DNA of 64,000 nucleotides, from NCBI GenBank assembly GCA_047967505.1, contig CM106538.1, one strand, 5' to 3'. The stretch is from Dipteris shenzhenensis (lineage: Eukaryota). The position numbers and the translations under genes are program-made. Numbering within the stretch: the stretch's first letter is position 1; each line of letters begins with the position of its first letter. A model generated the notes under the pieces. That model ran no database searches. It was not told where the DNA came from and was given only the letters and a program-made list of their open reading frames with translations. This document shows positions 50,551-63,094 of this stretch, in pieces.

Positions 50551-52863
50551 TAGCCACCAGTGGTTCTCCAATTGGATACTCCGGTAGAAGCTTCCTCAAC
50601 CCCTTAAGAGGAATTTCACAAAATGTGCAAAAGGAGGCCGGGGTGTGACACGACCCCGCAGGATCTGACCCTAGAATCACTGACCTAGAATCTCATCCTT
50701 AATCCAACACGTGCACCTTGTTGAGTACTTTAGAACTCTAGCTCTGTCTACAAGACTGAGAACGGCCATCCCCACCCGAGAGACTCAAGCAGATGCAAGA
50801 GTTGGAGGGAGCCCCGATGGATCCGTAATGAGTGTGTGGGTGCTCTAGAGGAGGAGACCACTCTGACAACACCTTCTATGGAGGACCACAATGGGGAAGT
50901 TACTATTGATGTGGCCATAGAGGAAGTGTACACAGATAATACTGCATACGCAGAGGGCCTCGATGTTGCAGAGGGAAAGAGTGAGAACATAGAAGACGTT
51001 GGGGTTAAAGAGGATGGGTGAGCATTTGGGAGAGAGGGACGGAGTTGCAGTCATGGATGAGTACGCAGTAGGGAAGGAAGGAGGTGGTGGAAAAGGCAGC
51101 ACAGGTGTGGATGGAAAGGGAGATGAAACCTTCATGGCAGGTAAAGGCATGGCCAAAGCAAAAGTACCCCTGAGTGGGATAGATGTGGAAGAAAGATTTG
51201 CTAGGAACCTGGAACTATGCATAACAGATGAGGTAGCAACTTGTCCAACAGAGGTTGAGTCGGGAGCAGAGGGAGTCACCACTCCGGTAGAAGTGGTGGT
51301 TGATGAAGACATCGTTGCAAGAGGAGGAGAGGGATTTCCTTGACCTTGATGAGTCCTTGAGGAGCCTTTGTCCTTCGTACCCTCTTCTTTCACCTGTTCT
51401 CCGCTTTGCACTTCTTCTTCTGTGGAGTCCGGATCTGCTGACCACCAGGGTTCCTGTTGGTCCAAGCAATGAGAGTGTTGATGAAGTTACTTGCTCTGGC
51501 TACTGCTCCAATGGGCCGACTTTGTGCTCGCGTTGAGGACTTCACAAACTTCCGTCGCACATAATGCTTCTTGTACCGAGTTTGGTCTGCCAGAAGTCTT
51601 TTCTCCACTCTCCTCAAGTACCACCTAGTTCTCTCACTAGCTCCTCCTTCTCTCTCTAGGACCCTAGAGCACCACTTCACTTGTGCTACTCAACACCAGT
51701 AGTGTCCCACCGTGATCGCCATAAACTGTCTGAGGGGGAGGGGGGGGGTTCCTAACACTTTTGGAAGTATTACCGGAGGCCTAGGGCCACTGGTGCGAGA
51801 AGCAAGCAAGACGTGCCATGGGTGTCACGGATGGTGCGTGGGCGAGTGCTAGTCGATGGTGTCAACGATGTCCAAGGGGTGCAAGTGCAAGAGTGATGTG
51901 AGCAAGAAGAAGACTAAAGCGGAACAAAATCATAAAAGCCAACCCTTGACATGAACGGGACTCCAACCACATGACACAGGGTCTGTTATATTAGGTGAAG
52001 GGAGAGGAGGGGAGGAGAACACAACGGGAAGAGATCTTAGAGGAGCGAGCAGAGATGGGAAGAAGCATAGTTCATTAGAAGGAATGATTCATACACTCAT
52101 GAGAGTTACAGTAGATGAATGATATACCAAGAGAAGATACACATGAGGCGAGCTCTTGACTCTAGTCTCTCTCTCTCTCTCACTCACGCCCTCCGCCTCT
52201 GCTCAAATGCCCCCTTTTCTCCCGCTTCCCCCCTCTTCACCTTCTCCTCATCTGCTCCACTTCGCTGGAAATCCCCTTCCCTCCTTCCTATTAGTTGTCT
52301 TCTTGCATCCGTAGCCGTTACGCCTTTTGTCGGCCTTTTTGTTCTTGATGGCTTCTGCAACTCTCCAGGCTGTTCTGAGTCAGTGAATCAAGTGCTCCAT
52401 GTGTATTCATGTCTATTTCATGTGCTTCTGACACTAGTTGGTTGCGAAGGTTGGTGCACCACCTATATCTCTTAACTGTTGGACTGCTTCCCATGTGCAC
52501 CAACAGGTGTACTGCCTGTGCACTTGTGCACTCTCTTAACTACTACAGTCGAGTGTGCCAATACTTCACTCTGATCAAATTTGACCAAGGTCGGTCGAGG
52601 TTGAGGTTTGGTACTGCTCAGTCATGTATTGCTCCCGTCATATCCAAGTCATGTCCAGGTCATGTACAAGTCATGTACTGCCAAGTCATCATGTACTGTC
52701 AAGTCATGTCTTGTTCGCTCCAGAGTGACGAAAATGAGAACACATGTGAACATGGTGCGACTACGTGTAACCAAGGTCTAACCACCTTGCCATGTTGCTC
52801 GGGTGACCATGATATGACCCAGGTGTGACTCTTGGTGGGAGTTCGTGACCCCAGAGTACAACG
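50551..52863 (-). mobile_element. Older relative of the 2672-10807 element: 5' LTR 51727-52863, same PBS, leader and Ser/Thr/Pro-rich ORF start; truncated
   Basis: LTR colinear but clearly diverged; 51338-51726 matches 9320-9733 (RRVEKRL..RYKKHYVRRKF). Confidence 0.9.
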
Positions 52864-53070
52864 AAGATGCATAATGAACTGGAAATGAAATGACTAGAGC
52901 AATGAACCAAAATGAAAGTACTCACATGTAGACCAAAGAGCTTGTAGCTTGATACCTGATTTGACATTAGACAAGTACAACTCTTATATAAGAGCACACA
53001 CACATATGAACACCTATGCATATGGGATAACTCCCAATGTGACAAGTGGCATCCATAGGGCACACTTGAC
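52864..53070 (-). mobile_element. Copia LTR fragment related to 31746-32057
   Basis: Shares GAACTGGAAATGAAATG, GAACCAAAATGAA and TATGGGATAACTCCCAA. Confidence 0.6.
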
Positions 53071-53286
53071 CCTTGGGCACCCTTGCTAGCGTGAGATCCT
53101 AGCCATAGATTTATCCTTGACCACCATGAGATGGCTTGTGAAATTCTATGACTAGATGTATCCTTGACATCGCATGAGGCAAACCCTTGAGGAGAGGTAT
53201 GTTGGGACATTTGTGATCAAAGGCTTGCTCTAAGGTGCATATGTGCATCTAGTAGCAATCACATGTTTGTGTGTGTGTGTGTATAG

Positions 53287-53971
53287 GTTTACAGATTTCT
53301 TCTTCCACAGCCATGGATTGACAAGCATGCCAACACTCTTTGGAATTTGGATAGGCCTTTATCTTGGTGGCAATCCCGTCTCATGAAAATCTGGAAAACA
53401 AAATTGCCATTGAAACAGAGGCTTTTCTTTTGGAGATGTATAGTGGGAGCCTTTTCCATTGGGGTGAAATTGGCAGCTCGCCGCATTGCTTCTCCTTTCT
53501 GCCCCCGTTGCTCTCATCCTCGCGAGACAGTTCCTCACTTATTATGGTTTTGCCCGCACTCTCGCACATTGATCACTCAGGTTTCTCATTTACTGCGGCT
53601 TCGGTTCCCTTCTATCAGATTTGGGAAACTTTTCTGGATGTTTGGATGCTGCTCATCTCAGATGTCTCCATTACTCCTTTTCTTTCATTGGACTCGCTTT
53701 TGGGTATTATGGACCATCTGGACACAGAGACTGCACTCTAGGATGGGTCAACAGTTTCCTCAGGCATATATTTTCTTCAGAATGTCCCTTAAGCAGTCTT
53801 TACATGACAGTATTGCTGCAAGGGATTTGGATGCTACTTGCCTTGAAGTGTTCTCTACTTGTTTTTGAGTTCTTCTATTGGGCTCTCTTTCGGAGTTCTT
53901 TGCTAGTGTGTGGGAGACCTCCCATATTGTAAATTTATGAGCATATAAATACAATGGATTTTACCAAAAAA
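53287..53971 (+). mobile_element. 5'-truncated LINE-B-family insertion (zf-RVT C-terminus, A tail) with 16-bp TSD
   Basis: IWKTKLPLKQRLFFWR..CPRCSHPRETVPHLLWFC; TSD GTGTGTGTGTGTATAG at 53271-53286 and 53972-53987. Confidence 0.88.
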
Positions 53972-53991
53972 GTGTGTGTGTGTATAGTGAA

Positions 53992-54145
53992 AATGATAGT
54001 TATGTTGCGAGGGACTTGGATGCTACTAGCCTTGCAGTGTTTTCTGACTGTTTTTGAGTTCTTCCATTAGGCTCTCTTTTGGAGTCTAATATCATGTACA
54101 TTGATCTCATGTTAATAATATAGTCAATGGTTTCACAAAAAAAAA
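53992..54145 (+). mobile_element. 154-bp LINE-B-family 3' end with A9 tail and 20-bp TSD
   Basis: Diverged copy of 53810-53970; TSD GTGTGTGTGTGTATAGTGAA at 53972-53991 and 54146-54165. Confidence 0.85.
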
Positions 54146-54413
54146 GTGTGTGTGTGTATAGTGAAGCACACTTAGTGTTATCTACGGCCATGACACAGCA
54201 ATAGAAGGCTCTTCAGGAGGTGCCAATGATTTAGGAAATCCCTATGATGTAGGGCTGATTTTCTTTGATGTAGGAGAGGTGCCTATGATCTAGGCCACCC
54301 TCTCTCCCACTCTGAAAATGAGAGGCTTCTCTCTCACAATTAATAGGACACACTTTTGGATTCTTCTTGTGTTCTCAACTCTTGTCATGATGCATCTCTT
54401 ATCTCCCACCACT

Positions 54414-54782
54414 CATAGTCACAAGAAACGTTTCGTCTGTTTCGCCGTTTCGCTGTTTCGACAGGTTTTGTTTCGTTTCGTTTCGTGTTGTCAGACGAAA
54501 CGGATAGGTTTCGAATTGATACTTAATATATACCCTTATAGGTACAAAAAGATATGTTATATTTAAGTTAGAGTGAACAAAGAGAAATATAAAGTCAAGA
54601 TACTAAAAGGAAATTCAAAACATAAACACCTTCGATTCTAGAAAAAACGGGGCAAAAACGTTTATTTTGATTTGGGCAAAACAAAGGTTTCGTTGAGAGC
54701 GTTTCGTCCTATTTCGAAACGTTTCGTCTGTTTCGCGTTTCGAGGTTTCGAAGAGGACGAAACGGGTTTTCATGTGACTATG
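54414..54782. mobile_element. hAT-type MITE, 369 bp
   Basis: TIR CATAGTCACA / TGTGACTATG; 8-bp TSD CCACCACT / CCACCATT; many subterminal GTTTCG/CGAAAC repeats; AT-rich core. Confidence 0.88.
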
Positions 54783-54816
54783 CCACCATTTCCCAACACT
54801 CTTCCCTTTCTCCTCT

Positions 54817-57800
54817 TGAAACATCCAAACCTGCTTACTCCTAGCTTTTCATCAAATCACGGGCACAGGCACACGAATTCACCTCCCAGCCGATCTCAGT
54901 GGTAGTAAGCTCTCTCTCAAAAAAATTCGTTACGTAAAGGTTCTTGCTTACAAAATTCCACCAAGCCCCAAAATTCCCTAGATGGATCTAGTATGCCACA
55001 TGTCTTCATTCTAGGGTCCCTCCTTAATGCATCATTTACCCCTCTCTTGGGATATCATTGAAACCATTTGCCCCTTGGCACATTTCATGCATTTAGGTCC
55101 CTTAGCCTTAGATCCACCTAGTCTAGTGCCATGTCACCCTCACCAAGGACCTTGACCTTGATTCCTTTTTTATCATTTACATGAAGCCCAAACAAATATA
55201 ATACAAACATTGATCCTTTAAAGGAAAATGTCGATTGACCCTTCCGAGGTCATGTTACCTCGACTTAAGCGTAACATTCCTTCCCTCTTCAGGCATTAGC
55301 ATCCTCAATGATAAAGTCTGGGAACACTCTCCGTAACTGGTATAAGGTAGCTTCTGATAGAGGTAAACCATGCCATGCAACCAACACCGTAGGTATCTTC
55401 CGATTGCGTACTTGCATTGTTCCTCGGTCCAGGATTCCTGTTGGTTTGCGTCTTGCATTATCCTCTATCTCTTGAAACAAAACAACACCCTCAATTAGTG
55501 AGTCGCCTGTATGCAAAAATTCCTTTAAACGAGAAACATGAAACACTGGGTACCTTACAACCCTGTGGTAATTCTAATTTATAGGCTACCTTGCCTATTC
55601 TTTTTAGAATTAACCATGGTCCACAATATCCAGGTGATAACTTAGCAGACTCTCCTGCAGTCAAAGACTTAGAGTGCGAAGGAACTCTAAGAAAAACTTT
55701 TTCTCCTTCCTTAAATTCTCTAGCGGATCGGTTTTCATCCGCATACGCCTTAGCTCTATCCATAGCTTGGCGGATGTTAGCTCTCGCAAGTGCTAGCATC
55801 TCCCGCATCTTAACCACAAAGTTCGCGGCACTAGGCACTTTTTGAGGTACTCCAACTGTAGTTGGATTCACTGGTCTATAACCATAGTTCAGCTCAAACG
55901 GACTGAACCCTGTAGAGGAATGCTTTCTATCATTGTAGGCAAATTCTAACAATGGCAACCACAGTATGGCAGCCACTTTCTTTGGATCCATTTCTATCCC
56001 CTCAGGAGTAATTATGAATCCTAAATATTCAAGTCTTACCATACACAATATAGTTTTCTTTTTATTTACATAAAGATTGGCTTTCCTCAAAGTATTGAAC
56101 ACTATTCTTAAGTGTTCGTAATGCTCAGTAATACTTTTGCTGAATATAAGAATATCGTCAATAAAGGGTACTACAAAATTTCTGATGTACGGACGTAGTA
56201 AATCGTTCATAAGCATGACGAATGTAGCTGGAGCATTGGTAAGTCCAAAGGGCATTACCAAAAACTCATAATGTCCAAACCTGCTTCTAAAAGCGGTTTT
56301 ATGCACATCCTCGGCTCTAATACGGATCTGATGGTAGCCACATTTAAGATCTATCTTACTGAAAATTATGGCCCCATGTAATGCATCTAGCAAATCATCG
56401 GTCCGAGCCATCGGATACCTGTGCTTAATAGTGATATTATTCAATGCTCTGTAATCTATACAGAGGCGAAAAGTATCATCTTTTTTCTTCTTTAATATCA
56501 CTGGCAAAGCAAAAGGTGAGAAACTTAGTTAAATCTGCCCCAACTTAAGGTATTCTTCCAGTTGTCTTCGTACCTCCGCCTCTTCGGTAAAACTTAACCT
56601 ATAGGGAGGTCTATTTACAGGTTCTGCCCCCGGGATTAGTTCAATCTTATGCTGAACATTCTGCTCTGGAGGTAACCCATAAGGTAGCTCATCCCTAAAA
56701 CAATCAGAGAACTCCTCTGTTATTTGATCAGCCAGCTTGGCCATCTCTCCATTTTGGGCAACATCAGTGCTAGCTGAAGAATCATCAATCGGCTCTACCG
56801 ATGCTGTACAAAGAAACAAAAACTCTTCTTGAGCTTTTCGAATTTCCATTACAGAAACCAACAGTCCTTGAGGTATATCTTTTTCACCTCGTAAGACATA
56901 CATCACATCATTCATCTTGAATTGATAGATGTGCTTTTTCCAATCTATGGCTGGATTCTTCCTAGAATGCCAAGCCTTACCTAGGGCTATGTCTGCATGA
57001 GCAAACTTAGTCATTTCAAAATCAAGCTTCTCAGCATAGTCCTAAATTCGAAGCTCCAACTGGGTAACCCTTTGGTCCCATACTTCAGTTAAACTTCCAT
57101 CTGCCATTCTGACTGTATATGCATAGTCAGATGGGCTAGTCATTAATTTCAGCCTCTTTACAAGCTTGGAGTTAATTACATTGTGCGTTGACGCTGAGTC
57201 AAACAACACAATGACATCATGATTAGCTACTTGCCCTTTCATCTTAATTAACTCCGTATCATTAAAGGTTGTATACCCTGTTGCTGCGGGCTTTGAGAGG
57301 ATATTATCAGGTGCACTTATTACTAACTTAGCAACAGACACACATAAGAAAACATGTACTGACCTTTGAGAAGATCCCGCTAGCTGAATCTGCATCTGTT
57401 CTGCTCTGGGACTTCCCTCCATTTCCACGTCGCATTCTGAGACCGATAAGACTGAAGGCATCCAAAACACAAGCCTTCTGTCCTTGCTTTTTCCCTTTGC
57501 TCTGGGTTCAAAGAAGACTTCGACCAAGCCCGGGCTGCTATTGGTGTTACTTTTCTTTTCATTCCAATGGTGGTACTTCATTTGGGAGTCTCAACTGGTT
57601 TCGCCTGCTTGGCTTGACCACTAGGCTGTGAGACACTCCCTTTGTTAATCCACTTCTTCTTAAACCTTTTTTTCTTCGGGTGCCATACTGAGTCCCAACC
57701 TGCACAAACCCACTTGGTCTGTTCCCTTTTGCATCCTCATAGTTTAGGGCTATGGCAATTGCTTCATCTAGCGTGTTCGCATAATTAGCCCGAACTTCCA

Positions 57801-59787
57801 TCTTGATTCGATCATTCAATCCAAAGATAAAATCTTTTACTTAGATTGAGTGAGGTAGAGGTTCATCAACCTTCATTACACTTTCTCTGAACTTATCAGT
57901 GTATTCCGCCACTGATGAATTTCTCTGACAAAGGTTTCGATACTGATCCCAAGCTCGGGATGCTTTGTCAGGAGGTAAGAAGTGTTTTCTAAATTCCTTT
58001 TTAAACCCCTCCCAAGTAGTGAATGCCACTCCATCTTTTTGTTGTTTTATCCACCACCTATCCACTGCCTCATTAAACATATGGGTGGCCTCGCGGATTT
58101 TCTTCATATCATTCCTGATTTCACAAATGGCGAAGGCCTCATCCCATTTGTGTAACCAGGTCTCAATGATATCGGAACTACGGTCAAACATCCGACCAGA
58201 ATACTTTTTTGGCCTATAATTGGCAATATTAGGCACCTTAGCCCTCCTAGGCTCGATCATATGAACACTGGACTCTGGTTCCATTGGAGATTTACCTTTC
58301 TCTTCACGAGATGGTCTAGCAGACATACTATGAACCATTTTCCTGAGCTCAGATTGCCCTACATTTGCTTGTAACTGTTGCACTAAAATCTGTTGCAAGG
58401 CATCCTCTAACATTGCAATTCTGCCAGATAGTGTATGACTTGCTGGGCGCGACACCTGCGGGGTCGGCCGGACTCCCGACTCTACGGGATCCACCCTAGA
58501 AGCTTCTTCTTCTACTTCCATTTAGGTCGATGGGTGTTTTTTTTTTTTAAATAAATAAATAAATAAATAAAACACCGCTTGAAACTGTATTTACAATTCG
58601 AAAGTCCAACTTTCAAATTTACAGCTGCCCAAGCATATATCACACTTCAACCAAAACCCACTTTCCCTAGGCTAGGGAAAACTCCTGCAATCTGAAATAA
58701 CTCAAATACAGATGCAAATAAACGAGCACATATTCCAACGAACTTTAGAAGGCATAGAGAGATTCTTGGTCATTCATGTAGCATGGAGAGATCAACTTGT
58801 CCGTGTAAGGTTGTTCCAAGCACTGATGACTTGCCTTGTGACTACGAACATACTGTACTATCTACCCCTTTCCACGAGCTCACGACCAAGAGCAACCAAT
58901 AAAGGCCTAGCTCTACGGGCTACCAGGTCCAATAGTCGAGTCCACGACTAACAAGCCATATATACTGTCGCAAGTCCGAACTTTGCAAAGCAACCGTTAC
59001 GCTACATCCTTTAAAATAAAAAATTAAAAAAATCAAAGCTCTGCCAACCAGTTACTAGTAGGCTTCAAAATCGTTGAATTTGAACTGCGACCTGACAAAT
59101 TCATACGACTCTTCTGGTGTCACCTCGTGTTTCGTGTACAGCTTTGATGGAAGTCGCTTCATGTCTCCCTTCCGAGATACCAAGGAGCCCTGACGGTACC
59201 AAATTATGAACTTGCGACCATGCGCGATCCTGATATCCTCCAATTGCGATGGCGTTCGTGAACATATAATACCAAAATACAATCTGTGCTTCGTGTTATT
59301 CGTCGTCAAATTTGGGCATCACACAGCCCTTTGGTTAACAAATTGCGGCGATATACTGCATACTCACAAATACCATGGACAGATAACACCAAATCCTTCC
59401 TCAATTCATCGTTGGTCTATCAACTTGACGTACAGCTTTAGACCACGACAATCACCAAATCCTGCGCTCTGATATTAAATGAAACATCTGCTTACTCCTA
59501 GCTTTTCATCAAATCACGGGCACAGGCACACGAATTCACCTCCCAGCCGACCTTAGTGGTAGTAAGCTCTCTCTCAAAAAAATTCGTTACGTGAAGGTTC
59601 TTGCTTATAAAATTCCACCAAGCCCCAAAATTCCCTAGATGGATCTAGTATGCCACATGTCTTCATTCTAGGGTCCCTCCTTAATGCATCCATGAAGCCC
59701 AAACAAATATAATACAAACATTGATCCTTTAAAGGAAAATGTTGACTGACCCTTCCGAGGTCATGTTACCTGGACTTAAGCGTAAGA
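54817..59787 (-). mobile_element. Ty3/Gypsy chromovirus, internally deleted: 3' LTR 54817-55276, 5' LTR 59480-59787, gag, protease, RT, integrase C-terminus, chromodomain
   Basis: Gag ORF 57841-58521; LFDSASTHN; RLCIDYRALN, KIDLKCGYHQ, MPFGLTNAPATF, FIDDILI; EFAYN..STGFSPF; VLVAWHGLPLSEAT; PPT 55277-55290; mutated iMet PBS 59466-59477. Confidence 0.95.
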
Positions 59788-59789
59788 GA

Positions 59790-60780
59790 AAATATATAAA
59801 AAACGCCTCTGCCATGCACGAAGCACCCTGTGTATCATGCATAAGATATGGAAGAATGGCCTGCAAGTGTAAACTGATTCCTTTGGCTGAGATCTTATAA
59901 AAGGTTCTCAAAAATAGTGATGGGCCTCTATTGGGAAATTAAATTTATGCAACCTCCTTTTGGGATGAGATGACTGATACCCTCTATAAGTAAATCAAGC
60001 ATAATACCAGAGTCCCAAATGCCTTGCAGGACTGAGGTAACATGGGTGCTAGTCAAAACCCAAGGTGAAAGGAGTGAAAAAAATCCTCCTGAAACCAAGC
60101 AGACTAAAGCACTGTGCTTGCAGCCTTTGAAGAATCAAAGGCCACCTGGGAAAAACCTCATTCCAATAAACAAATATCAGAAAGGAAAGGGGCGAGGTGT
60201 GGAGGGCAGCAAGCATGCAGTCCCTAGTATGTCACTTGGAGCAGTGGGACCCATGGATGCGAGCAGAAAGAGTGGTGGAGCTTTCAACCTCCACATGCTT
60301 TTTGAGCTGCAGCAGCTCATCTTTTGAAAAAGTGATGGTTGCCGTGGCAGCAGTGGAGGCAATCGAGGATCTCGCCTGAATGGGGATCCATCGAAAAATC
60401 AAAGATGACAAGCCGACTTAAACATAAAACATCTGTTCATCGCTTTGCTGAGGCTAGAGAGGGGGGAGAAGAGGGTAAGGCTGGAAATCCTAAGGGAAAG
60501 CTAAGGGGAGGGTACAGGCTAGGAGAGGGAGAGGCTAGGGGGGAAGGAGAGGCTGAGGAGAGGGAAGGGCTGAGAGCGGAGAGGTCTGAGAGAGCGGCTA
60601 GGGGGGAAGGAGTGGCTGAGGAGAGGGAAGGGCTGAGAGCAGGAGAGGGAGAAGCTAGGGGGGAACGAGAGGTCTGAGGGAGCAGCTGAGAGGGCAGAGG
60701 CAGAGGAGGGGAGAGGGAAGGGCTGAGAGAGGAGAGGTTGAGAAGAGCTAGGGGCTGAAAGGGGAGGGAGGGGCTGGGCT
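59790..60780 (-). mobile_element. Heavily deleted LINE-A relic (RT N-terminal piece, ORF1 start, C-rich leader)
   Basis: LQAILPYLMHDTQ matches LQPLLPDLIHDTQ; GCAGCAGCTCATCTTTTGAAAA at about 60309 matches the ORF1 start at about 13585; GA-rich tract 60450-60780. Confidence 0.7.
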
Positions 60781-60939
60781 TATGCAGCAACTGTAGTATC
60801 AAGGACCAGCTGAGTTAGAGCTGTTGAAGCAAGATTTTGAAGCTGATGGAGGCACGGTCATCAAACAGAACCTTGCTGCAGATTCTGAACACAAATTGAA
60901 GCTCTAGAAGGCACAAATCATGAAGTAGGTGGTCCGTTT

Positions 60940-61720
60940 CTAGATCTGGAACTCGCAGCTTCCGTAGATCTTAAAGCTTAAGCACATAGCCGACGGATCT
61001 GAAGCAATGTGTCGGATTTGACCTGGCTCTGAGTGCCTACAGAATTGACGCAATTGGAGCAGGTTGAAGGTCCTGGAACTTGAGCTGGGAACAGTTGAAT
61101 TTGAAGCTGTAAGGCACGGAAGGAAAGGCAGCTTGCTAACTGTTCGTAGCCCTGGAGAGCAGCAAACCTGGTTTGAATGGAGCAACTGGTGACACTCCTT
61201 GAAACAGGCTGTCGCGGGTGAAGTAGGGAGGTAGGCAGGATGTTTGAAGCATGCCATAGGCTAGGGGGGGAAGCTAGGAGGAAGGACCTAGGGGAGCAGG
61301 GAGAAAGGGAGTGATGGGGAGCAGGTTGCAGCATCACGACTGATGACACTATTTGGGATACGGTGTCTAGCATTAATTCTTGGAACATTTGGGTCACCCA
61401 TTGCAATTTGGTGACGGGACGCCAGCAGGTCCCCCAGCAGCGCATCCTCATTCCATTTGGCAAAGATATCATCTATACCTTTCGCACCATATGGGAGCGA
61501 GGGACGAGGGGATCTTGGACCACTGCTAAGAGGCAGGCACGTTTCTACGAGGCTTGTCCTGTGGGTGTCTTCTACATATTCATGTAGCGAGCATTCTCTG
61601 GTTGTATGGTTCCCCACCCTGATTGTTGGCCCCTGTTTTAGAGACTCTCTAGGCACTGAGCTGGATTCTTTGAAAACAGGCTGGCCGACAATCAATTTTT
61701 CTTTCATTGTATTTCATCCA
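60940..61720 (-). mobile_element. Possible degenerate LINE ORF1 fragment
   Basis: Knuckle-like CFKECHQLLHSNQVC and fragmented ORFs; weak support. Confidence 0.3.
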
Positions 61721-62585
61721 TGATCAGTGCCACATGGATAGATGATTTGTATGGTTGGTCTTTTCTCAATCATTAATAGAAAGTTCTTTTCTTTGAACAA
61801 AAAATAATGCATATATTTAACAGCCTGAACTGTACTAGTGGTTTTTTCTAGAATATGGACCCACGTTTATTGGCTCTCCCATTACTGCAGTTAGAACCTG
61901 AACTTGTGTTTCACGTGCCTTCAAGATTTTGTAATCCTCCTGCAGACGGCAGTCCCTCCCCTTCATACCACAACTGATTCGTCTCAGTTCTCCCTCTGTT
62001 TATCTCAGATGTTTTGGTTCTTCGTTATTTTAGAGAGCCTACTGTTTACAATAGTTTCAGAGGACATTGCCTGCCTGTCAGTTTTGTGCCTTGGTGACAA
62101 GCTGAGGTTATCGGGCACAGATAAAGTTAGAATCACAGATGAGATATCACCAAAGAGCAAGGGTAATGCTCAATTAAGGATAAACTGCTTATAGTATGAT
62201 CTGTTGCCTAAAACATAGCACCAAATAAATATGAGCTGCAATAAGTCAATTAAGCTGGGAAGCACAACTCAAGGATTTGTGTTCCTTTCCTTGCACCTTG
62301 CGAAGCATGTATGCTGTGAGTATTTCCTTCATTTTTCTTGAGGGTTTCTACATAATCAGCTTATCTTGGGAGGTGTATGTTTTTTATTGTACCTGTACAA
62401 ATTTACTTTCACCCATATCCATTTAGCTGATGTTGCGCAAGTTACCTCCTTTTTCCACCTTTTGTATTTCTATTCACAAATTTTGGGTACATTGGCTTGT
62501 GCATAATCTTACTATTCAGTGATAGATTCGGACAAAGGATTGAGAACTACACTTTTTTGAGGTCATTTGGAATTTTTTTTGGCAG

Positions 62586-62943
62586 GACCTCTCCAACATA
62601 GGCTATCAACAACCTTGATTGATCAGATGACTTGGATTATTACAAAAAGTCCAGCAAACACTGAACCATCACCAACAAACAATTCCAAAGGCTTACTGTC
62701 AAACACGTTCAAAGAGTTGGATTATGAACTAGATGTTATTTCGAGTGATACAAAGCGTAAACCAAAGGTTTTTGCATCATCTCCATCAGATGCACCACAA
62801 AAACGAAAGAGAGAAATTGTGAAAATAGCAGATAGTAACTCTGATAGTGCCTCTGCTCTCCTCAAGGGACGAAGTCTGTCATCTGAAGGAAAGATTCAAA
62901 AATCAGCAGGAGTTGGTCCAGGATTCAAAATTAGAAATACCAG
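62586..62943 (+). CDS. Predicted host exon (phase 1 to 2), Ser/Lys-rich, with basic KRKR motif
   Basis: T-tract+GGCAG acceptor, 358-bp open frame GPLQHRLSTT...FKIRNT, donor CAG|GTGAAT. Confidence 0.7.
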
Positions 62944-63050
62944 GTGAATGAATCCATACATAGCTTTGCTATGTAGAAATAAATATACGCAATCGTTTTT
63001 AAAAAATGTACAGCCTGACTGGAATGTGCTGTATTTGCTTCTTACTGCAG

Positions 63051-63094
63051 AGCTGGGATTGAAGCGAATTATCTTTTAACAGAATCAGAACATG
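63051..63094 (+). CDS. Predicted host exon (phase 2 to 1)
   Basis: TTACTGCAG acceptor after a 107-bp intron; in-frame RAGIEANYLLTESEH; donor ATG|GTATCA. Confidence 0.65.

Noticed and set aside
53287-53971. Direct continuation of LINE-B cut at 41705
   Set aside because: The two overlap by about 14 codons with different sequence (AYRLILPPPWIAHH vs VYRFLLPQPWIDKH), and this piece has its own 16-bp TSD.
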